Source: Patescibacteria group bacterium
GTDB lineage: Bacteria; Patescibacteriota; 4484-211
DNA length: 42,106 bases
Assembly (NCBI GenBank): GCA_018818265.1
Contig: JAHISN010000036.1
Coordinates: 1 to 42,106 of the forward strand
Reading direction: 5' to 3'
How positions within the stretch are numbered: position 1 is the first letter of the stretch; every line of letters begins with the position of its first letter. Both the position numbers and the translations under genes were made by a program. The notes under the pieces were generated by a model. The model was given only the letters and a program-made list of their open reading frames with translations, had not been told where the DNA came from and ran no database searches. Below are positions 18,904 to 26,442 of this stretch, piece after piece.

Positions 18904-18932
18904 ATTCTAGCAGATGCCATCCGCATATTCAA
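18904..18932 (-). promoter_or_regulatory. Sigma70-type promoter TTGAAT-17-TAGAAT, 6 nt from the rubrerythrin ATG
   Basis: Minus strand reads ttgaatatgcggatggcatctgctagaatataactATG. Confidence 0.6.
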
Positions 18933-19008
18933 TATGCCCTTGACCTATCAAATTACGGACTTTCAAGTTCTTTCGATATAATACAATCCAGGCACAAAAA
19001 AATCCATT

Positions 19009-21771
19009 ATGAATAAGCTAAAAATCGCTCTTGTTTCTCCCTATGTGTTTAGTGTGCCCGGAGGAGTACAAGAACACTGCAAAACACTACAAAAAGAGTT
19101 AATTAGTCGTGGCCATTCGGTAATAATTATCGCTCCCAAGCAATTTGGCAACCAGAACTTCCCCGAAAAGGAAGGTTTCCACTATTCTCACCCAGCTATC
19201 CCGATAAAAGCAAACAAAAGCGTATCCTGGCTCAGTTTGCCCGTTTCTCTACCAGAGACACAGCCTATCAAATCTTACTTAAGAAAACAAGATTTCGATA
19301 TCGTTCACATTCATGAGCCACTCGCCCCATTTATGAATTGGTCCATCCTGAAACACTCGAAAGCAAAAAATATAGGAACATTTCACAGCGCTCTAGTCTC
19401 TGAAGGAAAAATTAGCCCACTAATGACTATGCAAAAACCACTTGAACCATTCTTTCAAGAGAGATTACACGGGAGAATCGCCGTTTCTGATGTAGCATTA
19501 AGATCGTGGCGTAATTTCTTCAGACGCGGACAGGGTATAGTTATTCCAAACGGGATTCTTGCTAACGATTTCAACCCCGAGAGAATTAAACCATTTAAGA
19601 AATATCTCGACGGTAAAGTAAACATTCTGTACCTTGGCCGATTGGACCCTCGAAAGGGAGTCATCTACTTGGCGCAGGCATTTAAAATCTTGGAGGAACA
19701 ATTCGGCTCGCTAAGATTAATTATTGTAGGAAAAGGTACAGAATACGAACGTGTCCGCAATTATCTCTCCAATCACAATGCCTCAGAAATGATAATGCTG
19801 GACCATGTGAGTTATGAAGACAAACTCCGCTACTACGCCACCTGTGACATCTTTTGCTCACCGGCTATCACAGGAGAGAGTTTTGGCATTGTCCTCGTGG
19901 AAGCAATGGCGTCAGGAAAACCAATAGTTGCTTCTCGAAACCCCGGATTTGAATATTGTTTAAGAAACTACCCGGAAAAAGACCGGTTTCTCGTAGAACC
20001 GGCCAACCCAGAAGCTCTAGCACTTGCCCTCTCAGAATTGATAAAGCAAAAATCGTTAAGAAAAGCCCTGGGGAAATGGGGATTAGATGAAGCTAAAAAG
20101 TACAGCTGGACTGTGTTAGCTGATGAAATTCTAGAATATTATTCACACATCCTCCACCCCAACACCCATCAAAAACAGCCTACGGCCATCAAGGAACGGC
20201 CTGTCAAGACGAAACCAAAACCGCCGGCTAAATATAAACGCGCTGTATTCGTTTTTGTTGACGGAGCTCGTTTCGACGTTTTCTTAGACCTTTTCCAACA
20301 AGGAAAGCTACCAAACATTAAAAGGCACCTTGTTGCTAATGGCGGCATATATAAAGCCGTCAGTTCATTTCCTTCTGCTACCCTTACCTCTATCCTCCCA
20401 TTTATAACAGGCGTTTACCCCGGCAAGCTGGATATTTCGGGATTGCGCTGGTTCGATAAAAGAACTTTAAAAATGAGAAGTTATGTTGGACCTGGCGGAC
20501 TACTGTTTGCAAAAGACGTGGGCAAAAGAGTCAAAACACTATTTGATTTCTTCGAAAACTCAATTAGTGTCTTTGGCGTTCTGCCGAATAACAAGCAGAG
20601 CTTCTTAATAGATTTAACTTACGACATTCAACGCGTAATTGCTCACTTCTCCGGCAAATATGAACAGTTAGATCAGAAAATTCGCTCGCTCGTGCAACAA
20701 AAATTAAGAAAGCATGAATTCGATCTGCTGTTTATAGGTTTTCAAGCGATCGACCACCTCTCTCACATTGAATCACCTTTCTCAGACAGTGTTCTCAGAC
20801 TTTATGAGAATGTCGATGCTGCAGTAGGAGAAATTGCTGAACATTTGCAGAAAAAAAACCAACTTGAAGAAACTCTATTCATGATCATCAGCGATCACGG
20901 GTTAACAAAAACCGACGCGCAAAATCATATCGATTTGGACCATCATTTAAAGAGTTTTTTCCCTGGGATACAGCTGTTTAAAAACATTCCGTTTTTTTCC
21001 AACTTCACCTACGGACACAAATTCTACAGTGGGTTTCATCGACTTTCAATCGGCGCGCGAACAACAGGAAAAGAAGCGGTAAACATGGTCTCAGGAAACT
21101 CGATGAGTCAGTTATATTTCAAAAATTCGCCGCGCGGTGATTGGCAACCTGTTCTTTACGAAGATATGATGGACGACCATAAGCTAAAAAAACTTTACGA
21201 CTATCTGTTAAAGTTGCAAGGAATCGAATTCTTAATTTCTAAAATGAATGGCGGGAAAATACGAATTGACCGGCAGGACAAGACTGGAACGCTTAAAACC
21301 GGCCTTTTAAGTCATGATGGTAAAAAATTCTGGTACGAAAATATGAATGCTGGAGATCCATTTGGATATCAAAACTTAGAGGGAGAATTAAGTTTTAAAG
21401 AAATTTTGGAGAGAACGATTGATACAAAATATCCCGATGCGCTTGTCGGAATTTGGCAACTCTTTTTTTCCAAAAGGGCAGGCGACCTTATTGTAACTTC
21501 TTCTCCCGAATACGACTTGCGGAATCCAAAGTATGAGTGGCCGATAAACCCTCGCGCAACACACGGCTCTCTCGTCAACACACACACCCTAGTCCCTTTC
21601 ATCACAAACGCTAGGTGTTTACGGGGCAAATTATTTAACTATGCTGGCAACAACAACCAAAAAGACTTGACAAAAGGCATAAGGTCAGTTGATGTTTTCG
21701 CGATTTTACTAGAGGAATTGGGCAAGAAAATACCGTGGAGTTACAAGATTGATGGTAAATGTCCCGAATGA
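19009..21771 (+). CDS. Fusion protein: PimA-like GT4 glycosyltransferase (N) plus alkaline-phosphatase-superfamily type I phosphodiesterase/nucleotide-pyrophosphatase-like domain (C)
   Basis: N-terminal domain: KIALVSPYVFSVPGGVQEH and GESFGIVLVEAMASGKPIVAS (GT4 EX7E region). Pro/Lys linker around aa 383-410. C-terminal domain: VFVDGARFD, SFPSATLTSILPFITGVYPG, AIDHLSH, ISDHGL. Confidence 0.85.
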   Translation: MNKLKIALVSPYVFSVPGGVQEHCKTLQKELISRGHSVIIIAPKQFGNQNFPEKEGFHYSHPAIPIKANKSVSWLSLPVSLPETQPIKSYLRKQDFDIVHIHEPLAPFMNWSILKHSKAKNIGTFHSALVSEGKISPLMTMQKPLEPFFQERLHGRIAVSDVALRSWRNFFRRGQGIVIPNGILANDFNPERIKPFKKYLDGKVNILYLGRLDPRKGVIYLAQAFKILEEQFGSLRLIIVGKGTEYERVRNYLSNHNASEMIMLDHVSYEDKLRYYATCDIFCSPAITGESFGIVLVEAMASGKPIVASRNPGFEYCLRNYPEKDRFLVEPANPEALALALSELIKQKSLRKALGKWGLDEAKKYSWTVLADEILEYYSHILHPNTHQKQPTAIKERPVKTKPKPPAKYKRAVFVFVDGARFDVFLDLFQQGKLPNIKRHLVANGGIYKAVSSFPSATLTSILPFITGVYPGKLDISGLRWFDKRTLKMRSYVGPGGLLFAKDVGKRVKTLFDFFENSISVFGVLPNNKQSFLIDLTYDIQRVIAHFSGKYEQLDQKIRSLVQQKLRKHEFDLLFIGFQAIDHLSHIESPFSDSVLRLYENVDAAVGEIAEHLQKKNQLEETLFMIISDHGLTKTDAQNHIDLDHHLKSFFPGIQLFKNIPFFSNFTYGHKFYSGFHRLSIGARTTGKEAVNMVSGNSMSQLYFKNSPRGDWQPVLYEDMMDDHKLKKLYDYLLKLQGIEFLISKMNGGKIRIDRQDKTGTLKTGLLSHDGKKFWYENMNAGDPFGYQNLEGELSFKEILERTIDTKYPDALVGIWQLFFSKRAGDLIVTSSPEYDLRNPKYEWPINPRATHGSLVNTHTLVPFITNARCLRGKLFNYAGNNNQKDLTKGIRSVDVFAILLEELGKKIPWSYKIDGKCPE

Positions 21772-22457
21772 CAGCAACGTACTCACAAATGAAACTTCTA
21801 AAGAAAATTCAACCGACACAAGCATTAAAAGCCCTCTTTGTGATTGTAGTTCTCTTCTTAGCTTTACACTGGTTGATACCTATACTAACTTCTGATGAGT
21901 TCAGATCTTTTGTTGAGAAATTAGGCCCGTTCGGCCCGCTGGTGGTTATCACATACACTGTTCTTTCCCACGTACTTGCGCCCGTAGCTGGCACCCCAGG
22001 CATTCTGTTAAGCATCACCATGTTCGGTATCTACCGCACAATGTTGTATGTCTATCTAGGAAGTATGCTCAGCGCCAGCATTAATTTTTTTATTAGCCGG
22101 CACTTTGGCAGAAAGTGGGTAACTAAGCTTGCTGGCACAAGAACAATGAACGAAATTGACGAATTCGTCGAAGCTTCGGGAACACCCCTTTTAATTCTAA
22201 GCCGCGTGTTTGGATTCTCTTTGTTCGAAGTGGTCTCCTATGCAGTGGGATTTACTAATATGCCATTTAAAAAATACTTCGCCATCACGGCTGTATTCAG
22301 TTTGATTCCCAACATTGCCTTTACTTACATTTTTAGAAACATCGACATCACTTCGGGCAAGAGCCTTATTATTTGGCTAGTTACCCTCATCGGCACCGGG
22401 ATCCTCTTCGCCCTTTTCATAAAAAAGTATTCGAGAAAAAGCAAGAGAGAAAGCTGA
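21759..22457 (+). CDS. DedA/TVP38-TMEM64 (VTT domain) membrane protein
   Basis: Polytopic protein. VLSHVLAPVAGTPGILLSITMFG and FISRHFGRKWV are typical of the VTT domain. Overlaps the upstream gene; an alternative ATGA-coupled start is at 21768. Confidence 0.75.
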   Translation: MSRMTATYSQMKLLKKIQPTQALKALFVIVVLFLALHWLIPILTSDEFRSFVEKLGPFGPLVVITYTVLSHVLAPVAGTPGILLSITMFGIYRTMLYVYLGSMLSASINFFISRHFGRKWVTKLAGTRTMNEIDEFVEASGTPLLILSRVFGFSLFEVVSYAVGFTNMPFKKYFAITAVFSLIPNIAFTYIFRNIDITSGKSLIIWLVTLIGTGILFALFIKKYSRKSKRES

Positions 22458-22612
22458 AGCCTGCACTCGATAAGCTAATCCAAAGCAAACAGCAGCATCT
22501 GGCTACATTGCGCCTGCTCCGCAGGATACTCAACTAACCAAACCAAAAAAGAAGCCCTGGAAATACCCGGACTTCTCCTCTCATTTAGTCGCCTACTCCC
22601 TCCATCACTTAA

Positions 22613-22888
22613 TCATCTTTTTGTCTTAAATCCTTCAAATCTCTTTAAATCCTTGCTTTTGCGAACTTCCATTCGTCCCACCCGCGCCGATGGCGGGCCG
22701 TGGTGGCACCAATCGAGAAATTCGCTTAGCGCCGATTCCTCACCTTCTGCCTCAATATAGACCGAACCATCCGGTTCGTTGCGAACGAAACCGGTTACAC
22801 CCAACTCATTAGCTTTTTCGCAAGCCGCGACTCGAAAAAACACCCCCTGCACATGACCGTGGATTTTGATATTGAAATGTTTTCGCAT
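22613..22888 (-). CDS. acyP: Acylphosphatase
   Basis: IKIHGHVQGVFFRVAACEKANELGVTGFVRNEPDGSVYIEAEG. Start set at the ATG (MRKHF) rather than the TTG at 22915. Confidence 0.85.
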   Translation of the reverse strand: MRKHFNIKIHGHVQGVFFRVAACEKANELGVTGFVRNEPDGSVYIEAEGEESALSEFLDWCHHGPPSARVGRMEVRKSKDLKRFEGFKTKR

Positions 22889-22932
22889 AGAGTTAATATA
22901 GTTCCCGCAAAACAATTTTACCTAATTCCTTA

Positions 22933-23040
22933 TTGTAGCGGCTAGGCTTTTCCGCCAAAGGCGGATCAGCCTCTGGCTGAAGCCTAGCAACGGAAGGTCG
23001 TAATCCCACCTGACGCGGGTCTAAAGACCCGCCGCTACAA
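22933..23040. other. GC-rich multi-hairpin element (candidate structured RNA or repeat), upstream of acyP
   Basis: Closing stem ttgtagcggc / gccgctacaa. Inner stem taggctt / aagccta encloses hairpins tccgcc-aaa-ggcgga and tcagcc-tct-ggctga. Single-stranded cccacctgac. Hairpin gcgggtct-aa-agacccgc. Confidence 0.6.
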
Positions 23041-23184
23041 GCGGACCTCAACTAGGCGCCAATTAAAAATGTGGTGAGTTTGTTTTGCGGTCGCTATAAG
23101 TTATTGAGTTATTGAATACTGCGGCAGGCTCAAGGTGAACCTAATCGCGACTAATACAGATGGCATGGTACTGAACTCTGCTAT

Positions 23185-23234
23185 TTAAAAGCAGGGGCTG
23201 GGGGGTATTCTTGTTATTTGCCCCCCCCAGCCCC
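23185..23234 (-). terminator. GC-rich hairpin downstream of the 289-aa gene
   Basis: ggggctgggggg / ccccccagcccc 12-bp stem with a 17-nt loop. The minus strand continues tgctttta. Confidence 0.55.
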
Positions 23235-23252
23235 GGTGTGTTCAAACACTCT

Positions 23253-24122
23253 CTACAGCTTCTGCATCTCCCTCAACTTCCTTGAAGCTGTTCTGAGGTG
23301 AGTCCGTGCCGACTTGATATTCCCTCCTCGGATCGCTTTTTGAGCGGCCAAAAGTGCATTGGCCGCCTCAACCCGAGATTGCAAATAGGGTTTAAACTTT
23401 ATCGTGCCCAAATCGGAAACCAGTTGAGAAATTCTGCGAGTTGCTCCCCTGCCCTGGCCCTGACTACCTCTCAAGGTTCTGAACAAAGACGTGTTGAGCA
23501 TACTGTTCACCGCGCCAGTGGTCTGACGGATAACTTTTCGAATTCGTTCCTGCTCAATCTGCAGAGCTTTCTTGCGAGCGGCAATCTTGCCTCGGATTAT
23601 ACTGATTTGGTTCTCCAGACGCTGGCACAGATTACATACCGCCGCTCTAGCCATAATCGCCCGAGATGGCGGATTGGTGCGCCCCAGAGAATCTATCAGT
23701 GATTTTGCCTTATCAAAGTGCCCGCCCGCCCTTAGCTTCCATTCGTTCTGAAATGTGCCAAAGCGTTGGGCCAATCGGGCAAAATCTGTTTTGATTTGAT
23801 CTCGCTCTGCACCCGATAGCTCTTTCCACCTCCACAAACGCGCCTCAATATCATGAGCAGTAGAAATAAAAGCCGCTATTTGCAGAATTTCTCTCGCTTC
23901 ATATTTGCTCTCAATATGCTCCTGCATCCGGATAGCCGCCGGTAAATCTTCGACTATTTGAGAACCCAGTCTTCGCCACCACGAATGCGCGGTAGGAAAC
24001 CAGCGAGAAATAACGACCCGTCCATCACGGGCCGGCCTCACTCCCGCCGCCGCCAAAGACACAACGCCTCGACCACCCCTGCGCCGCCGTCGACGCGTAT
24101 CAATTACTACCTGCCTGCCCAT
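23253..24122 (-). CDS. Orphan Arg-rich, predicted all-alpha protein (289 aa) in a G+C-rich island
   Basis: GGGAGGG SD 7 nt upstream of the ATG. N-terminus is MGRQVVIDTRRRRRRGGRG, with a second RG patch RGSQGQGRGATRR. The rest has helical heptad-like composition. I recognise no family. Confidence 0.65.
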   Translation of the reverse strand: MGRQVVIDTRRRRRRGGRGVVSLAAAGVRPARDGRVVISRWFPTAHSWWRRLGSQIVEDLPAAIRMQEHIESKYEAREILQIAAFISTAHDIEARLWRWKELSGAERDQIKTDFARLAQRFGTFQNEWKLRAGGHFDKAKSLIDSLGRTNPPSRAIMARAAVCNLCQRLENQISIIRGKIAARKKALQIEQERIRKVIRQTTGAVNSMLNTSLFRTLRGSQGQGRGATRRISQLVSDLGTIKFKPYLQSRVEAANALLAAQKAIRGGNIKSARTHLRTASRKLREMQKL

Positions 24123-24177
24123 TTCTTTTCCCTCCCTTTTCTTATTTCTTAAAGAGCTAATTCATCACAACTACAAC

Positions 24178-24212
24178 CCCCGCGGCAGACGCCGCGGGGC
24201 TTTCCCTTTTCT
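24178..24212. terminator. Strong GC hairpin between the YibE/F-like gene end and the 289-aa gene start
   Basis: ccccgcggc-agac-gccgcgggg (9-bp stem) followed by ctttcccttttct on the plus strand. Lies just downstream of the minus-strand stop at 24216. Confidence 0.6.
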
Positions 24213-24215
24213 AAT

Positions 24216-25301
24216 CTAAGCCTCACGATCGGCCAATATAACCGCCAAGAAGGTCGTTATCGGCACCGCTAATATCAACCCAATACTTCCAACTAAGGTT
24301 CTCACAATTTCCTCGGCAATTATTTCGTAATTGACAACTTCACTCAACATACGGCCGCTGTCGGTAAATAGTAACAGAAGCGGCAAAGAAGCCCCAGCAT
24401 AAACCAAAACCAGGGTGTTAACCATTGAGGAAATGTGATCTCGGCCTACTTTCATCGCCCTCCAAAAAAGTCTCTTAGAATTTAACCGTGGGTTTACTTC
24501 TTTAAGATTAAAGACTACTGAGGACTGCGCAATGGTAATATCATCCAATACCCCCAGCGCCCCAATCATAATACCCGCCAAAACTAAACCTTTAATATTC
24601 ACTACCCCCTGCGTCGCTGTTTGCAAAAAGGCCGCCTCGTCGGAAGAGAATCCTGTTAATCTGGCAAAATCAACAAAGACCACACCCAAAATCCCGGTGA
24701 TAATCAAGGCTGCCAAAGTCGAAACCACAGCAACAGAAGTCTTCTTATTCACCCCGTGAGACAAATAAAAAGAGACCGGAATAATCAAAAATGAACCTAA
24801 AACTGTCACTAATAATGGATTAGAACCTTTGGAAATCTGCGGCAGAATAAGCAGGAAAATCACCAAGAAAGAAAACACCATTCCTAAAAGCGAAGCTCCG
24901 CCCCACCCGCGGGCAACTAAAACGGAAACTAAAACAAAAATTATAAACAACCATATCAATGCGCCGCGCCTTAAATACTCAGTAATAAAGCAAGTCTGCA
25001 TATTTTCGGAGTTAACTTCACAACTAACTAAAACCCTATCCCCTACCAAATACTGAGGCAAGTTGATAACCGGCACATGCCCACTCTCAATTTCAAGCGC
25101 CTCCCCTACCAAAGAGCCTTTAGTAACTTCTAATTTAAGCTTTTGGTAAAGACGGGGTTGTTGAAACTCTCCCGCCGACTCAATTGTTCGTTCTTCGAGA
25201 ACTTCAATGACTGTAGCTTCGAGAGTTTCGGAGGCGAGGACAGGGTGGGGAAAGAGCATTACAGCAATTAGAAATGTTGAAAGTATTATTTTTTGTTTCA
25301 T
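24216..25301 (-). CDS. YibE/F-like polytopic membrane protein
   Basis: Signal peptide, roughly 100-aa extracytoplasmic domain, then 6-7 TM helices. The family call rests on architecture only. Confidence 0.55.
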   Translation of the reverse strand: MKQKIILSTFLIAVMLFPHPVLASETLEATVIEVLEERTIESAGEFQQPRLYQKLKLEVTKGSLVGEALEIESGHVPVINLPQYLVGDRVLVSCEVNSENMQTCFITEYLRRGALIWLFIIFVLVSVLVARGWGGASLLGMVFSFLVIFLLILPQISKGSNPLLVTVLGSFLIIPVSFYLSHGVNKKTSVAVVSTLAALIITGILGVVFVDFARLTGFSSDEAAFLQTATQGVVNIKGLVLAGIMIGALGVLDDITIAQSSVVFNLKEVNPRLNSKRLFWRAMKVGRDHISSMVNTLVLVYAGASLPLLLLFTDSGRMLSEVVNYEIIAEEIVRTLVGSIGLILAVPITTFLAVILADREA

Positions 25302-25312
25302 TGAGCTCTAAA

Positions 25313-25343
25313 AATGGTTGAATGGTTGCATAGTTGCATAGCT
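25313..25343. repeat. Alliterative tandem 8-mers (aatggttg aatggttg catagttg catagct)
   Basis: Read directly from the sequence, immediately upstream of the YibE/F-like start. Confidence 0.8.
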
Positions 25344-25368
25344 ATAAGGGGCATAATTCGCGACTTAG

Positions 25369-25435
25369 TTGTAGTAGCAAACGACAAAACACAAACTCAA
25401 TCCACCTCAATCGCAGAATAAATTCTGCTAGTACA
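25369..25435. repeat. Member of the tgtagNNgc...ccacct...gcNNctaca element family
   Basis: ttgtagtagc (25369-25378), ccacctc, hairpin gcagaat-aa-attctgc (25413-25428), closing gctagtaca. Compare 41327-41494 and 22933-23040. Confidence 0.6.
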
Positions 25436-25464
25436 GGTAAATGCTTCCTGCTCATTTCGAACAT

Positions 25465-25746
25465 TCATTTTATTCTCTCAATCCTGATCGCCTTCCCCGC
25501 AATCAAACACTCTGCCACTTTCTTATACGCCCTATCCAGCGTACGCGCAAAAGTTGGCTGACTAATCTTCATTTTCTTCGCCGCCTCAATTTGCTCCAAA
25601 CCATCTACGTCGTGCAATTTAAGTGCTTCCAGTTCGTCGGGCAATAAAACAATCTCCTCTAAATGGCGGAGAGGGATTCCCTGCGGCTTAAAATAATGCA
25701 CGCAGGGCTTAAATCGTAAACAGCGGGGCTTTCTAGGTCTAGACAT
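25465..25746 (-). CDS. DUF134 (UPF0251) family HTH protein
   Basis: MSRPRKPRCLRFKPCVHYFKPQGIPL... plus a sigma-70 region-4-like HTH (EAAKKMKISQPTFARTLDRAYKKVA). Confidence 0.8.
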   Translation of the reverse strand: MSRPRKPRCLRFKPCVHYFKPQGIPLRHLEEIVLLPDELEALKLHDVDGLEQIEAAKKMKISQPTFARTLDRAYKKVAECLIAGKAIRIERIK

Positions 25747-25755
25747 AGCTTAAGT

Positions 25756-25784
25756 ATGATACAACAATTAGACAGGGACAGCAA
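25756..25784 (-). promoter_or_regulatory. Promoter TTGCTG-17-TATCAT, 9 nt from the DUF134 ATG
   Basis: Minus strand reads ttgctgtccctgtctaattgttgtatcatacttaagctATG. Confidence 0.5.
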
Positions 25785-25833
25785 ATGAAGTGATGACAGC
25801 GGGCAAAGTCTAATTGCGCCGCTGGTAATTAGG

Positions 25834-25905
25834 TCCGCCAGAGGCGGATTAATCCTGCCTCGCCGGCAGGCGGGTCCGCCTTCAGAAAAAGTGAAACTTT
25901 TTCTG
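25834..25905. repeat. Cluster of three GC-rich hairpins in a divergent intergenic region
   Basis: tccgcc-aga-ggcgga (25834-25848). cctgcc-tcgcc-ggcagg (25854-25870). cagaaaaag-tgaaa-ctttttctg (25883-25905). Confidence 0.75.
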
Positions 25906-25959
25906 GGTGTCATTGAATAACTAGGTAATTGGGTAACATGTGATACACTTAACCCTATC

Positions 25960-26273
25960 ATGATGACTCATACTGGGAAAATACCCACTTTCAAAACAAT
26001 TAAAGAAGAAGCCAAATTCTGGGACACTCACGACATCACCGACTACCTATCGGAGATGAAATCCGTGGAGGTAGAATTTGTTGTGCCGCGAGAAAAAAAA
26101 AAGAACTTCTTACTATCAGAATTCAATCTAAAGTAAAAGAAAAAATTAATAATTTAGCCCTGAAACACGGTGTCTCCACTTCTACTCTAGCCAGAATGTG
26201 GCTGATCGAAAAACTGCGCGAGAAAACACCCCACGATCCCTCTCAATCTTTAGTTCTTCGCGATAAAGATTAA
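25960..26273 (+). pseudogene. BrnA/CopG-type antitoxin-like gene split by a frame change in an A10 run
   Basis: Frame 1: MMTHTGKIPTFKTIKEEAKFWDTHDITDYLSEMKSVEVEFVVPREKKK, stop at 26134-26136. The -1 frame continues ELLTIRIQSKVKEKINNLALKHGVSTSTLARMWLIEKLREK to 26273. A10 lies at 26093-26102. Both halves are below the ORF-track cutoff. Confidence 0.7.
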
Positions 26274-26371
26274 AACTTTGATTACCAGACATCTATCATT
26301 AGAATTAAAATTTGTTTCAAAATTAGTCATTCGTCATTAAAATTCACAACCTAATTCCCTACCTAATTACC

Positions 26372-26428
26372 GTCCGCCGAGACGGCGGACTAATTACCGC
26401 GACTCCCGCCAAATCGACTTGGCGGGAG
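26372..26428. repeat. Two GC-rich hairpins between the convergent brnA-like and DUF5320 genes (likely terminators)
   Basis: gtccgccg-aga-cggcggac (26372-26390). ctcccgccaa-atcgac-ttggcgggag (26403-26428). Flanked by taattacc words. Confidence 0.7.
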
Positions 26429-26442
26429 CGCAAGTTACCCAA

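Noticed and set aside
22933-23040. Hammerhead ribozyme or SRP (4.5S) RNA in the three-way-junction element
   Set aside because: The minus strand has CUGAU-stem-AAAA, but it lacks the GA of CUGANGA and the GAAA register. No GGAA-tetraloop/AGCA symmetric-loop arrangement of SRP domain IV could be aligned.
23298-23702. 134-aa plus-strand ORF inside the G+C-rich island
   Set aside because: It is antisense to the 289-aa ORF. Its Ser/Arg/Leu-rich composition is typical of antisense frames in GC-rich DNA, and it has no SD.
25659-25961. 100-aa minus-strand ORF spanning the DUF134 5' end and the hairpin cluster
   Set aside because: It overlaps the DUF134 coding start in another frame and reads straight through three palindromic hairpins. 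It is most likely non-coding.
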